From assembly GCA_002170395.1 (NCBI GenBank), contig NHEJ01000007.1:215441-279440 (forward strand): 64,000 nt of DNA, read 5' to 3'. The translations under genes were made by a program, and so were the position numbers. The notes under the pieces are model-generated. The model searched no databases. It was not told where the DNA came from and worked only from the letters and a program-made list of their open reading frames with translations. Positions 9,540 through 17,853 of this stretch are shown here, piece after piece (position 1 is the stretch's first letter; every line of letters begins with the position of its first letter). This DNA is from Betaproteobacteria bacterium TMED82 (GTDB lineage Bacteria; Pseudomonadota; Gammaproteobacteria; Burkholderiales; Burkholderiaceae_A).

Positions 9540-12194
9540 ATGAAAAAAAATACAAAAAAGTTTTCATTGAGTTGCATTCGGGAGTCATTTACTGAATATT
9601 TCGTGGCAAACAATCATAGGGAGTTGCCTTCCAGTCCACTGGTACCTGTTAATGACAATTCGTTACTTTTTACGAACAGTGGTATGGTTCAGTTCAAAGA
9701 CTATTTTTTATCAAAAGCGAGACCTCCTTTTGAATCAGCAGTGACCGTCCAAAACTGTTTGAGAGCAGGAGGAAAGCACAACGACCTTGAAAATGTGGGA
9801 TATACAGCTCGGCACCATACTTTCTTTGAAATGTTGGGAAATTTTTCATTTGGGGCCTACTTTAAAGAAGAGTCAATTTTATATGCTTGGCAGCTATTGA
9901 CAGAAGTGTTTGATATTGAACCTGAAAAGCTATTGGTAACTGTTTATTTCGAGGATACAGAGTCTTATGATATTTGGCGAAAAAAAATAAATTTAGAGGC
10001 ACATAGAGTGATTCGCATTGGAGACCACAACGGAAATAGACATCAGAGTGATAATTTTTGGCAAATGGCGGATATTGGACCTTGTGGGCCTTGCACTGAA
10101 ATTTTTTTTGATCATGGCCCATCTGTTAAGGGAGGTCTTCCTGGTTCCTCTGATGGTGAGGGTGACCGATTTGTAGAAATCTGGAATCTAGTCTTTATGG
10201 AATATCAAAAACTTGCTAGTGGAGAATTAGGAAAGCTTCCGATTCCCTGCGTGGATACTGGGATGGGCTTGGAGAGAATTTCTGCTGTTCTACAAAATGT
10301 GACTAGTAATTATGAGATAGATGTTTTCAAGAGGTTGACGAGGAAAATTTCGAGTTTTATTGATCTAGATCAATCTCATGAGACATCATTAAGAGTGATT
10401 GCTGATCATATTAGAGCATCATGTTTTTTGATTTCAGAAAATATTGTACCGAGTAATGAGGGAAGGGGATATGTTCTAAGAAGAATTCTTCGCAGAGCAA
10501 GTCGACATGCATACAAGCTGGGAAAGAGAGATCCATTTCTACATAAATTTGTTTCGGATGTGGTTTCAGACTTTCAACAGCCAGATCAATTTGTTGAAAA
10601 CCTTAATTTGATATCGGAAACAATCTTAATGGAGGAAGAGAAGTTTTCTGAAACATTGGTCAAAGGCCTTAGAATCTTACAAGAGGAATTAGAAAAAAGC
10701 AAAACAAAGGTTTTGGACGGTAATATAGCTTTTTTACTTTATGACACTTACGGGTTTCCCGTTGAACTTACTGCGGATATTTGCAGGGAAAATGAAGTAA
10801 CTTTTAATTTGGAAAAATTCGATGAGGAAATGGCCAAGCAGAAAACAAGAGCTAAAGTTGCTAGTAAATTCGTATTAAACGAGGAGGTAGGCATTACTAA
10901 CCATTCTTCAGTCTTCACTGGTTATAACGATCAAAAAGTTTCTAGTGAAATCCTAGCACTTTTTAGCAAAGGTAAAGAGGTAAGAAGAGCTAAAGAGGGT
11001 GATCAGGTAAGCATAATTTTTGATAGAACATGTTTTTATGCAGAGTCTGGGGGTCAAGTTGGTGACACAGGAATTTTTAACTCCAGCGAAGCTACCTTTG
11101 AGGTTCTGTCTACAAATAAGGTTGGCAGAGCATTTGTTCATCACGGCATCTTACGGCAAGGGAAAATAAGTTTAAAACAACAGATGTATGGAGAGTTTGA
11201 TTTAAAAAACAGGGAGATGATAAAAAGAAATCACTCCGCCACCCATCTTCTACACTTTAGCTTAAGACAAGTACTAGGCTCCACTGTAACCCAAAAAGGT
11301 TCACAGGTGGACGCAAAGAAAACTCGATTTGATTTTGCTTACTCAAAGCCATTAACTGGAAAGCAAATTGAAGAAATCGAGAGGATAGTGAATAACGAAA
11401 TTCTCTCAAATGAAAAAACCGTTATGTCCGAGATGCCCTACGATGAAGCGATAGAATCCGGAGCTATAGGTTTGTTTGGAGAAAGATATGAAAGCAATGT
11501 CCGAGTAATGCAAATTGGATCCTCTAGAGAATTGTGCGGCGGAACTCATGTTGAGAGAACTGGAGATATTGGCTCTTTTAAAGTGTTGAGTGAGAGTGGG
11601 GTTGCTAGTGGAGTAAGAAGAATAGAAGCCATAACTGCGAACGCTGTAGTGTCTCATTTTAGAACTATTGAAAATATTTTGTCTAGATCTTGTGCTTTAT
11701 TAGGAGCCACTCCTATTAATTTAGTTGAAAGAATTGAGACAACATTAACAAGTTTAGATAAAAATGAGAAAACTCTAGCCCAAATGAATATGAAAAGCAT
11801 TAAAAGACAGATTAAGGAACTTATCGAAAAAGCAAAGAAAAACTGCGAAGACGAACCTTTTAAAATTATTGCTGATGAGATTAAGCATGTATCAGTAAAA
11901 GAGTTGAGAGAAGCCTCTGACGAAATAACTTCAGGTTGCTCTTCAAGTTTTACGGTTCTCGGTTGTGTTTTTAAGGAAAAGGTACATGTGGTTGTTCGTG
12001 TTACGAGTGATCTAATGGATAAATTATCAGCAGATTTTATAGCAAAGGAAATGGCTATAATGATTGGTGGTAAAGGCGGTGGTAAATCAAGTTTTGCCCA
12101 GGCTGGAGGGTCAATACCATCAAAATTAGAACCAGCTTTGATTAAAATTAAGAAATTTATTTTCTATAAGATTAGGAGCGTGAATGAAAATTAA
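9540..12194 (+). CDS. alaS: Alanine--tRNA ligase
   Basis: 884 aa. It has the class II core (FTNSGM, HHTFFEMLGN), the editing-domain HxxxH motif (NHSATHLL), CGGTH and a C-terminal DHHA1-like domain. Confidence 0.98.
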   Translation: MKKNTKKFSLSCIRESFTEYFVANNHRELPSSPLVPVNDNSLLFTNSGMVQFKDYFLSKARPPFESAVTVQNCLRAGGKHNDLENVGYTARHHTFFEMLGNFSFGAYFKEESILYAWQLLTEVFDIEPEKLLVTVYFEDTESYDIWRKKINLEAHRVIRIGDHNGNRHQSDNFWQMADIGPCGPCTEIFFDHGPSVKGGLPGSSDGEGDRFVEIWNLVFMEYQKLASGELGKLPIPCVDTGMGLERISAVLQNVTSNYEIDVFKRLTRKISSFIDLDQSHETSLRVIADHIRASCFLISENIVPSNEGRGYVLRRILRRASRHAYKLGKRDPFLHKFVSDVVSDFQQPDQFVENLNLISETILMEEEKFSETLVKGLRILQEELEKSKTKVLDGNIAFLLYDTYGFPVELTADICRENEVTFNLEKFDEEMAKQKTRAKVASKFVLNEEVGITNHSSVFTGYNDQKVSSEILALFSKGKEVRRAKEGDQVSIIFDRTCFYAESGGQVGDTGIFNSSEATFEVLSTNKVGRAFVHHGILRQGKISLKQQMYGEFDLKNREMIKRNHSATHLLHFSLRQVLGSTVTQKGSQVDAKKTRFDFAYSKPLTGKQIEEIERIVNNEILSNEKTVMSEMPYDEAIESGAIGLFGERYESNVRVMQIGSSRELCGGTHVERTGDIGSFKVLSESGVASGVRRIEAITANAVVSHFRTIENILSRSCALLGATPINLVERIETTLTSLDKNEKTLAQMNMKSIKRQIKELIEKAKKNCEDEPFKIIADEIKHVSVKELREASDEITSGCSSSFTVLGCVFKEKVHVVVRVTSDLMDKLSADFIAKEMAIMIGGKGGGKSSFAQAGGSIPSKLEPALIKIKKFIFYKIRSVNEN

Positions 12195-12426
12195 TGAATT
12201 AGTACCGGATGTAAAACTAGATTTAAGTGGCTTAAGTTGTCCTTTACCAGTCTTAAAAACAAAAAAAGCTCTGGCGTCAATGGAGTCAGGAATGAAAATT
12301 CAAGTAATTACTACGGACAGTGGATCTTACGACGATTTTGAATATTTTTGCACTCATGCTGGCCATACTTTGATAACCCGGGAAAAACAGAAGAAAATTT
12401 ATCTTTTTTTAATTCAATGCAAGTAG
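12184..12426 (+). CDS. TusA/SirA-family sulfurtransferase-like protein
   Basis: 80 aa with the signature LDLSGLSCPLPVLKTKKAL (CPxP active-site Cys). The start overlaps the alaS 3' end by 11 nt. Confidence 0.75.
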   Translation: MKINELVPDVKLDLSGLSCPLPVLKTKKALASMESGMKIQVITTDSGSYDDFEYFCTHAGHTLITREKQKKIYLFLIQCK

Positions 12427-12444
12427 TCTCTAGATATCCACACA

Positions 12445-13485
12445 TTATTTGTCAGCGGCTGTCAAAAACGCATCCGAAAAAAAACTTTCCTTTGGTAACT
12501 CTAGGAAATTTACAAAATCGTCAAATGCCGCTTTTATCATCAGCGGCGACCCGCAAGCGTATACCTCCATATTTTTCAAACTCTGGAAATCTTTAACTAC
12601 TGCCTGGTGAACAAATCCAGTCCTTCCCTTCCAATGTTCAGTATCTTGTTTTTCGCTTACAACTGGAATGTAAGTTAATTGAGGCATCAGCTTTTGCCAC
12701 TCAGTAGCAAGAGAATCTAAGTAAAGATCTGAAGGATCTCGTACCCCCCAATATAAAACCACATTTCTATATTTTGATCTGGCAATGCAACTTTCGACGA
12801 TAGCTTTGATCGGGGCAATTCCGGTTCCACTTGCCAGAAAAATTATATCCTTCTCACTATTCTCTCGTAAAAAAAAGGTTCCCAAAGGGCCTTCAAGCCT
12901 TAAGATATCTTTAACTTTCACTGCACTAACAGATTCTTTGTTAGCTTCGAATAAAGAATCCGTGAAGACTCCACCCGGAGTATGTTTTATATGTAGCTCT
13001 ATTAAATTATCTCTGTTGGGGATACTTGCCATCGAATAACTTCTTCTTTTTCCATCTTTCAGCAAAATATCTATGTATTGGCCGGGTAGAAATTCAAAGG
13101 TTTTATTGGAAGGCAGTTTTAATTTAACAACCGCAATATCATTAGAAACCTTCTCAATACTCTCGACCCTGCAAGGCAGTTTTTTCGGAGTGTTGGATTC
13201 TTTGGTGCTAATGAGGTTGGCTTCTATAGTGAGATCAGAAAGGGGTTTAGCAGAGCATAGAAGAATATTCTTCTTTTGGATCTCATTTTTACTAAGAGCT
13301 GTTCTTGAATGACTACCGTAATCTACCTTACCACTCACTAATGTGGCTTTACATGACCCACAGACTCCGTCCTTACAACCATAAGGAACTACAAACCCTT
13401 TCTCAAGCGCAGCTTCTAAAATAGTTTGGCTATCATTTTTAACATCGAAGGAAACGTTAGACGGCTTTAAATTTACTTGAAACAT
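12445..13485 (-). CDS. Ferredoxin-NAD(P) oxidoreductase fusion: plant-type 2Fe-2S domain plus FAD/NAD-binding domain
   Basis: The N-terminal CKDGVCGSC...C 2Fe-2S motif, the RRSYSMAS (RxYS) FAD motif and the GTGIAP NAD motif are all present. Confidence 0.8.
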   Translation of the reverse strand: MFQVNLKPSNVSFDVKNDSQTILEAALEKGFVVPYGCKDGVCGSCKATLVSGKVDYGSHSRTALSKNEIQKKNILLCSAKPLSDLTIEANLISTKESNTPKKLPCRVESIEKVSNDIAVVKLKLPSNKTFEFLPGQYIDILLKDGKRRSYSMASIPNRDNLIELHIKHTPGGVFTDSLFEANKESVSAVKVKDILRLEGPLGTFFLRENSEKDIIFLASGTGIAPIKAIVESCIARSKYRNVVLYWGVRDPSDLYLDSLATEWQKLMPQLTYIPVVSEKQDTEHWKGRTGFVHQAVVKDFQSLKNMEVYACGSPLMIKAAFDDFVNFLELPKESFFSDAFLTAADK

Positions 13486-13497
13486 TTTTATTCCAAT

Positions 13498-14664
13498 TTA
13501 AAAAAACTTGATTTTTTGAACGAAAAATAACAAAAAAAGGCAAATAAGAAGAACAGAAAGACTTGGTAATAATGCAATCAAAAGTGGCGACCAAGTATTT
13601 ATTAACCCCAAATGTGAAAATAGCCCGTTGAGCAAATGGAATCCCGTACCTATCAAGACTCCAACAAAAAGCTTCAATCCTATTGATCCGCTTCTAGTTT
13701 TTATATACGCTGCCGGCAATGCGATTAAAAGCATAGTTAGCATAACTAAAGGGTAAAAAACTCTCTTCCACAAAAGTATTTCGAAATTATCCACCTTCTG
13801 ATTTCCATCTTTTAAGTAATTAATAAAATTTTTCAAATTATAAAGTGACATTTTTTCAGGGTGAATCGTTAGAGCATCGATAGTTTCTACACTTAATTTT
13901 GTATGCAATGTAATCTGCGCAGGCTCGCTCACTAAAACATTCCCATCTTTTGATAATATGATTACTTTAGGGTTTATAAGTTTCCAATATCCTCTGAAGT
14001 TGTCAGGAGCATCAAAAAAATTATCATTTGCAGCAAAATAACCAGCAGATTCAGCACTGATCCTGCGAGTGAGAATATTATTCTGATTAAACTCGAAGAT
14101 CGTTATAAACTTAATCATTTTTTTAATATCAATGCTACTAAAGTTTACTATTCTTTCTGTATTTGGCAAAAACTCTTTATTTTCCGCAGTTGACTCTCCA
14201 ACTCTATCTCTCAGCCAATAACCCGATTTAAACTCAGAAACACTAGAAGATGATTGGTTTAAACTCTGATTTTTGCCTAAAAGTTTATTTGAGAGTGGCA
14301 TCAGCAATTCGGATAGAAATAGCGACACAACCAACAGTGGGATCCAGGCTATACAAATTATTTTGAATATTAGATAGGGAGTGAATCCTCCGACTCTCAT
14401 TGCTATGAATTCTGAAGTTGCGGCTATCGTTGCAAATGCCCATAAGCCACCAATTAAAGTGCCTATTGGTAACACCTCGTAGATAACGGTAGAAAGCTTC
14501 AGAGCTTGAATAAAAAAAATATTCCTGAGAGTAAATGTGTTATTTGAAATTGAATCAAGTTCATTAATAAAATTAAAAAAAGTTACTAGTAGGGTGAAGC
14601 CGGCAGTCATAATAAAAATCTTTTTTATTAATTCGCTAAAAATATAGAATTGTATAATTTTCAT
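13498..14664 (-). CDS. lptG: LPS export ABC permease LptG
   Basis: It has the YjgP/YjgQ permease topology (3 TM, a periplasmic beta-jellyroll region, then 3 TM). It overlaps lptF by 4 nt. The pair lies divergent from pepA, as in beta- and gammaproteobacteria. Confidence 0.85.
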   Translation of the reverse strand: MKIIQFYIFSELIKKIFIMTAGFTLLVTFFNFINELDSISNNTFTLRNIFFIQALKLSTVIYEVLPIGTLIGGLWAFATIAATSEFIAMRVGGFTPYLIFKIICIAWIPLLVVSLFLSELLMPLSNKLLGKNQSLNQSSSSVSEFKSGYWLRDRVGESTAENKEFLPNTERIVNFSSIDIKKMIKFITIFEFNQNNILTRRISAESAGYFAANDNFFDAPDNFRGYWKLINPKVIILSKDGNVLVSEPAQITLHTKLSVETIDALTIHPEKMSLYNLKNFINYLKDGNQKVDNFEILLWKRVFYPLVMLTMLLIALPAAYIKTRSGSIGLKLFVGVLIGTGFHLLNGLFSHLGLINTWSPLLIALLPSLSVLLICLFLLFFVQKIKFF

Positions 14665-15740
14665 GTTGGACCACCAAATTTTTTGTCTTCTTTAAATATT
14701 AAAAAAAAGGCTATTGTCAAGGTAAGTATAGGCAACAAGATTTGTCCTGAAAGCCAACTAATTGTCTCTTTGCTAATTAATGCTTGAATAATTCCAAGAA
14801 GATGATTTGCAAATATAAACACTAAAATAGCAGTTAGCACGTTTAATAACTGATTATTTTTATTAGACTTAAGTGCAAAAGGAATTGCCAAAAACGGAAC
14901 AGTAAGACAAAGAAGAATTGTGCCCAAACGGAAGGAAAGTTCGCCTAAATCAGAAGGGCTCTGCCGCTTAAAAAGCGTCCAGGAATTAGTGCTTTTTATT
15001 CTTGTACGGGCAGCTTGACTCTTTGGTGAGTTGTCTAACCGCATCGAGTAGCTTCCAAACTTAGTTACATCAATCCTTGGGTTGGCTTGCATAGAATGGA
15101 AGTCAATTTGAGATCCGTCTTTCAAATTTACCCAAGGTACATTATCTATGAACTCAAGACGTCCCTTGTTCCCAAGAACAATTGTTTCTTTACCATTTTC
15201 GTCTTTTGATCTAACAAAAACCAAGCCAAGGTTTAAAGAGTCACTTTTGGTTTGTTCAAAAAAAACAAGTTTTTCTCCGTTTGAAAATTCACTAAATTTT
15301 CCGGGGGAAAATTTGGCTAAGTGATGCTCTGCTCTCGATTGTTCTCTCAAAATATCAGCCTGGCTTCGGGCCCAAGGAGTTCCTAAAAGCGTTACCAACG
15401 CAGCAAAAATAGTTATCGGTAGCAAAAAGTAAGTTACTGTTGGTAGAAAATCCATAATTTTGAGACCGTTCGTCCTCCAGACCACCATTTCGTTATCGTT
15501 ATACATTCTTGAAAAACACATGAACACTGATAGGAAAGCTGTTAAGGCTGCAATCGTACCCAAGGAGCTAAAGGTTGAAAATAAAATTAAAGGTACTACT
15601 ATTTCTGGGCCAGTTTTACCGGAAGCTGCGTTTCCCAAGGTTCTTATAAGAGCCATGGTGACAACAACCGTTATAAGGCAAGAGAAAATTATGTTAGCCT
15701 GATATCGAAGTTCTTTAAGAACTGAATTTTTAAAAATCAC
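14661..15740 (-). CDS. lptF: LPS export ABC permease LptF
   Basis: It has the same fold pattern as lptG. The lptF-lptG / pepA-holC-valS arrangement is conserved. Confidence 0.85.
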   Translation of the reverse strand: MIFKNSVLKELRYQANIIFSCLITVVVTMALIRTLGNAASGKTGPEIVVPLILFSTFSSLGTIAALTAFLSVFMCFSRMYNDNEMVVWRTNGLKIMDFLPTVTYFLLPITIFAALVTLLGTPWARSQADILREQSRAEHHLAKFSPGKFSEFSNGEKLVFFEQTKSDSLNLGLVFVRSKDENGKETIVLGNKGRLEFIDNVPWVNLKDGSQIDFHSMQANPRIDVTKFGSYSMRLDNSPKSQAARTRIKSTNSWTLFKRQSPSDLGELSFRLGTILLCLTVPFLAIPFALKSNKNNQLLNVLTAILVFIFANHLLGIIQALISKETISWLSGQILLPILTLTIAFFLIFKEDKKFGGPT

Positions 15741-15781
15741 TAGTTGTATAATAATATTTTCACTTATATAGGTATTTTGTC

Positions 15782-17407
15782 ATGTCGTTACCAACTCAAA
15801 CAATAAATTCAAGAAAAGAAGCGAGTGATCCTGGAGAAATTAGAGAAAAACTAGATTTTATCGTGAGTAATAAACCCGTTGATAGGGTGTCAGCCGACTG
15901 TATTTGGCTCGGAGTCTTTTCTACAAAGGCCGGCGTTGAATTGACTCCTCCTGCTATAAATGTGGATAAGATTTCCGGTGGTTGCATTACGAAAGTGCTA
16001 AAGTCGGGGGATTTTGACGGGGCTTTAGGGTCCACGCATTTACTTAGAAATATTCCTGGCATTCCTTGCATTCGAATTCTACTTATTGGTTGTGGTGAAA
16101 AAAAAGAATTTAATGGCAAAAAATATGTGGAGTGTATTAAAAACGCTACCAATGTTATGAAAGTCCTAAAAGGTGTTAAGAAAGTGGGGTCTTTCCTTAC
16201 CGAACTACCTCTGGTTGAGGAATCAGGAGCCTGGAAAATCCAAAAGCATGTTTTCACGGTTAGTGACAGTCTTTATAAATTCGAAAGATTTAAAACAAAA
16301 GGAAAATCGGAGGCTCAGGTAAGTAATGGGAAGACTAGCGCAAAAAGCAATCAGAAAAAGAAAATAAAAATTCAATCACTCAGAATGGTAGAAATGCTTT
16401 TACCAGGGGATATGAGACCTAACGATGCAAAAATTAGTATTCTGCAGTCGGAAGCTTTATCCAGCGGTGTTGGAATGACTCGTGACTTAGGAAATTTGCC
16501 TCCAAATATATGCACTCCAGAATATTTAGCGAACACGGGAAAAAAAATGTCGAAAGAGCTTGGGTTGAAGTGTGAAATTTTTGATAAAACTGCCATAGCT
16601 AAGTTAAAAATGAATTCGTTCTTGGCTGTAGCTGAGGGATCTGTAAAAAATCCTTATCTTATTGTGATGACATATTCTGGTGGCAAAGCCAAAGAGAAAC
16701 CAAGTGTTTTAGTGGGTAAAGGTATTACGTTTGATTCAGGAGGTATATCCATTAAGCCCTCTAATGCTATGGACGAGATGAAGTATGATATGTGCGGTGC
16801 AGCAACTGTATTTGGAGCAATGAGAGCTGTTGCTGAAGCAAAGCTAAAAAGAAATGTTGTGGGAGTGGTGGTGACTTGCGAAAACATGCCGAGTGGTACC
16901 GCTACTCGGCCGGGAGATATCGTTACTTCTATGTCTGGACAAACTGTTGAGATTCTCAACACCGATGCAGAGGGACGTCTGATTCTATGTGATGCTCTAA
17001 CTTTTGTGGAGAGATTTGACCCGAAGGAGGTTATTGACATTGCGACCTTAACTGGTGCTTGTGTAATTGCGCTCGGTAGCGTAAATACAGGGCTGTTTTC
17101 GTCAAATGATGACTTAGCGGGAAGATTATTGGATGCGGGAAAAGAGTCATTAGATCCAGTGTGGAGGCTACCTTTAGAAGAAGAGTATCAGGATTTAATA
17201 AAATCCCCATTCGCTGATATGGCTAATATTGGCGGACGAGAGGCTGGAAGTGTTACTGCAGCGTGTTTTCTTTGGAGGTTTGCCAAAGCCTACCCATGGG
17301 CGCATCTTGACATTGCAGGCACGGCTTGGAAATCGGGCTCGTCGAAAAATGCTACTGGTAGGCCTGTTCCTTTACTATTTAACTTACTGAAAGACTTTTC
17401 AGATTGA
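15782..17407 (+). CDS. pepA: Leucyl aminopeptidase (M17)
   Basis: NTDAEGRL, VGKGITFDSGG and MKYDMCGAA are M17 active-site motifs. The 541-aa length includes a Lys-rich linker insertion. Confidence 0.95.
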   Translation: MSLPTQTINSRKEASDPGEIREKLDFIVSNKPVDRVSADCIWLGVFSTKAGVELTPPAINVDKISGGCITKVLKSGDFDGALGSTHLLRNIPGIPCIRILLIGCGEKKEFNGKKYVECIKNATNVMKVLKGVKKVGSFLTELPLVEESGAWKIQKHVFTVSDSLYKFERFKTKGKSEAQVSNGKTSAKSNQKKKIKIQSLRMVEMLLPGDMRPNDAKISILQSEALSSGVGMTRDLGNLPPNICTPEYLANTGKKMSKELGLKCEIFDKTAIAKLKMNSFLAVAEGSVKNPYLIVMTYSGGKAKEKPSVLVGKGITFDSGGISIKPSNAMDEMKYDMCGAATVFGAMRAVAEAKLKRNVVGVVVTCENMPSGTATRPGDIVTSMSGQTVEILNTDAEGRLILCDALTFVERFDPKEVIDIATLTGACVIALGSVNTGLFSSNDDLAGRLLDAGKESLDPVWRLPLEEEYQDLIKSPFADMANIGGREAGSVTAACFLWRFAKAYPWAHLDIAGTAWKSGSSKNATGRPVPLLFNLLKDFSD

Positions 17408-17853
17408 CAAGAGTTGATTTTTATTTCAACGTGCAGTTCGACTTGCAATTTGCATGTAGGTTTTCCAGAAAAGTTTTTTACAACAGATCTGTGCAAATCG
17501 ATAACCCACTGCTCATAAAATGTATCGATAAACAACAACTAAAGAGTCTCGATCGCCTTTTAGATTGTTTTTGTCCACGAGATTTTCTTCCGCATTCTTT
17601 GGAGGACGATGGTTCAAAAAACTCTTCTCCAATAATAATTACAGAACGCGATTGTAATAATTACTATAAATATGAACCAAATATTTTCATGAATTTATGT
17701 TTCAGTATTGATCTTGGTTTTAGCAGCTTCAACAGAGTAATTGAAATTGTTACTCGTTCAGATGAAGCAAAAAAATTTGGAAGGTCAAAATATCAGTTTT
17801 ATCGCGAACGAGGATACGAAGTCATTAATCACGATGTCAGCAAACTATCATGA
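17404..17853 (+). CDS. holC: DNA polymerase III chi subunit
   Basis: 149 aa with a chi-like N-terminus (VDFYF...). It sits in the conserved pepA-holC-valS position and has 4-nt overlaps on both sides. Confidence 0.75.
   Translation: MTRVDFYFNVQFDLQFACRFSRKVFYNRSVQIDNPLLIKCIDKQQLKSLDRLLDCFCPRDFLPHSLEDDGSKNSSPIIITERDCNNYYKYEPNIFMNLCFSIDLGFSSFNRVIEIVTRSDEAKKFGRSKYQFYRERGYEVINHDVSKLS

Noticed and set aside
15796-16257. A 153-aa antisense ORF inside pepA, and many similar track ORFs such as 29355-29900 (-), 16654-17040 (-), 44230-44586 (+), 5297-5644 (-) and 1857-2156 (+).
   Set aside because: Each lies wholly inside a longer ORF on the opposite strand that has unmistakable family motifs. Their translations are low-complexity and rich in Ser, Leu, Phe and Ile, as expected from AT-rich antisense frames. 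They are shadow ORFs.
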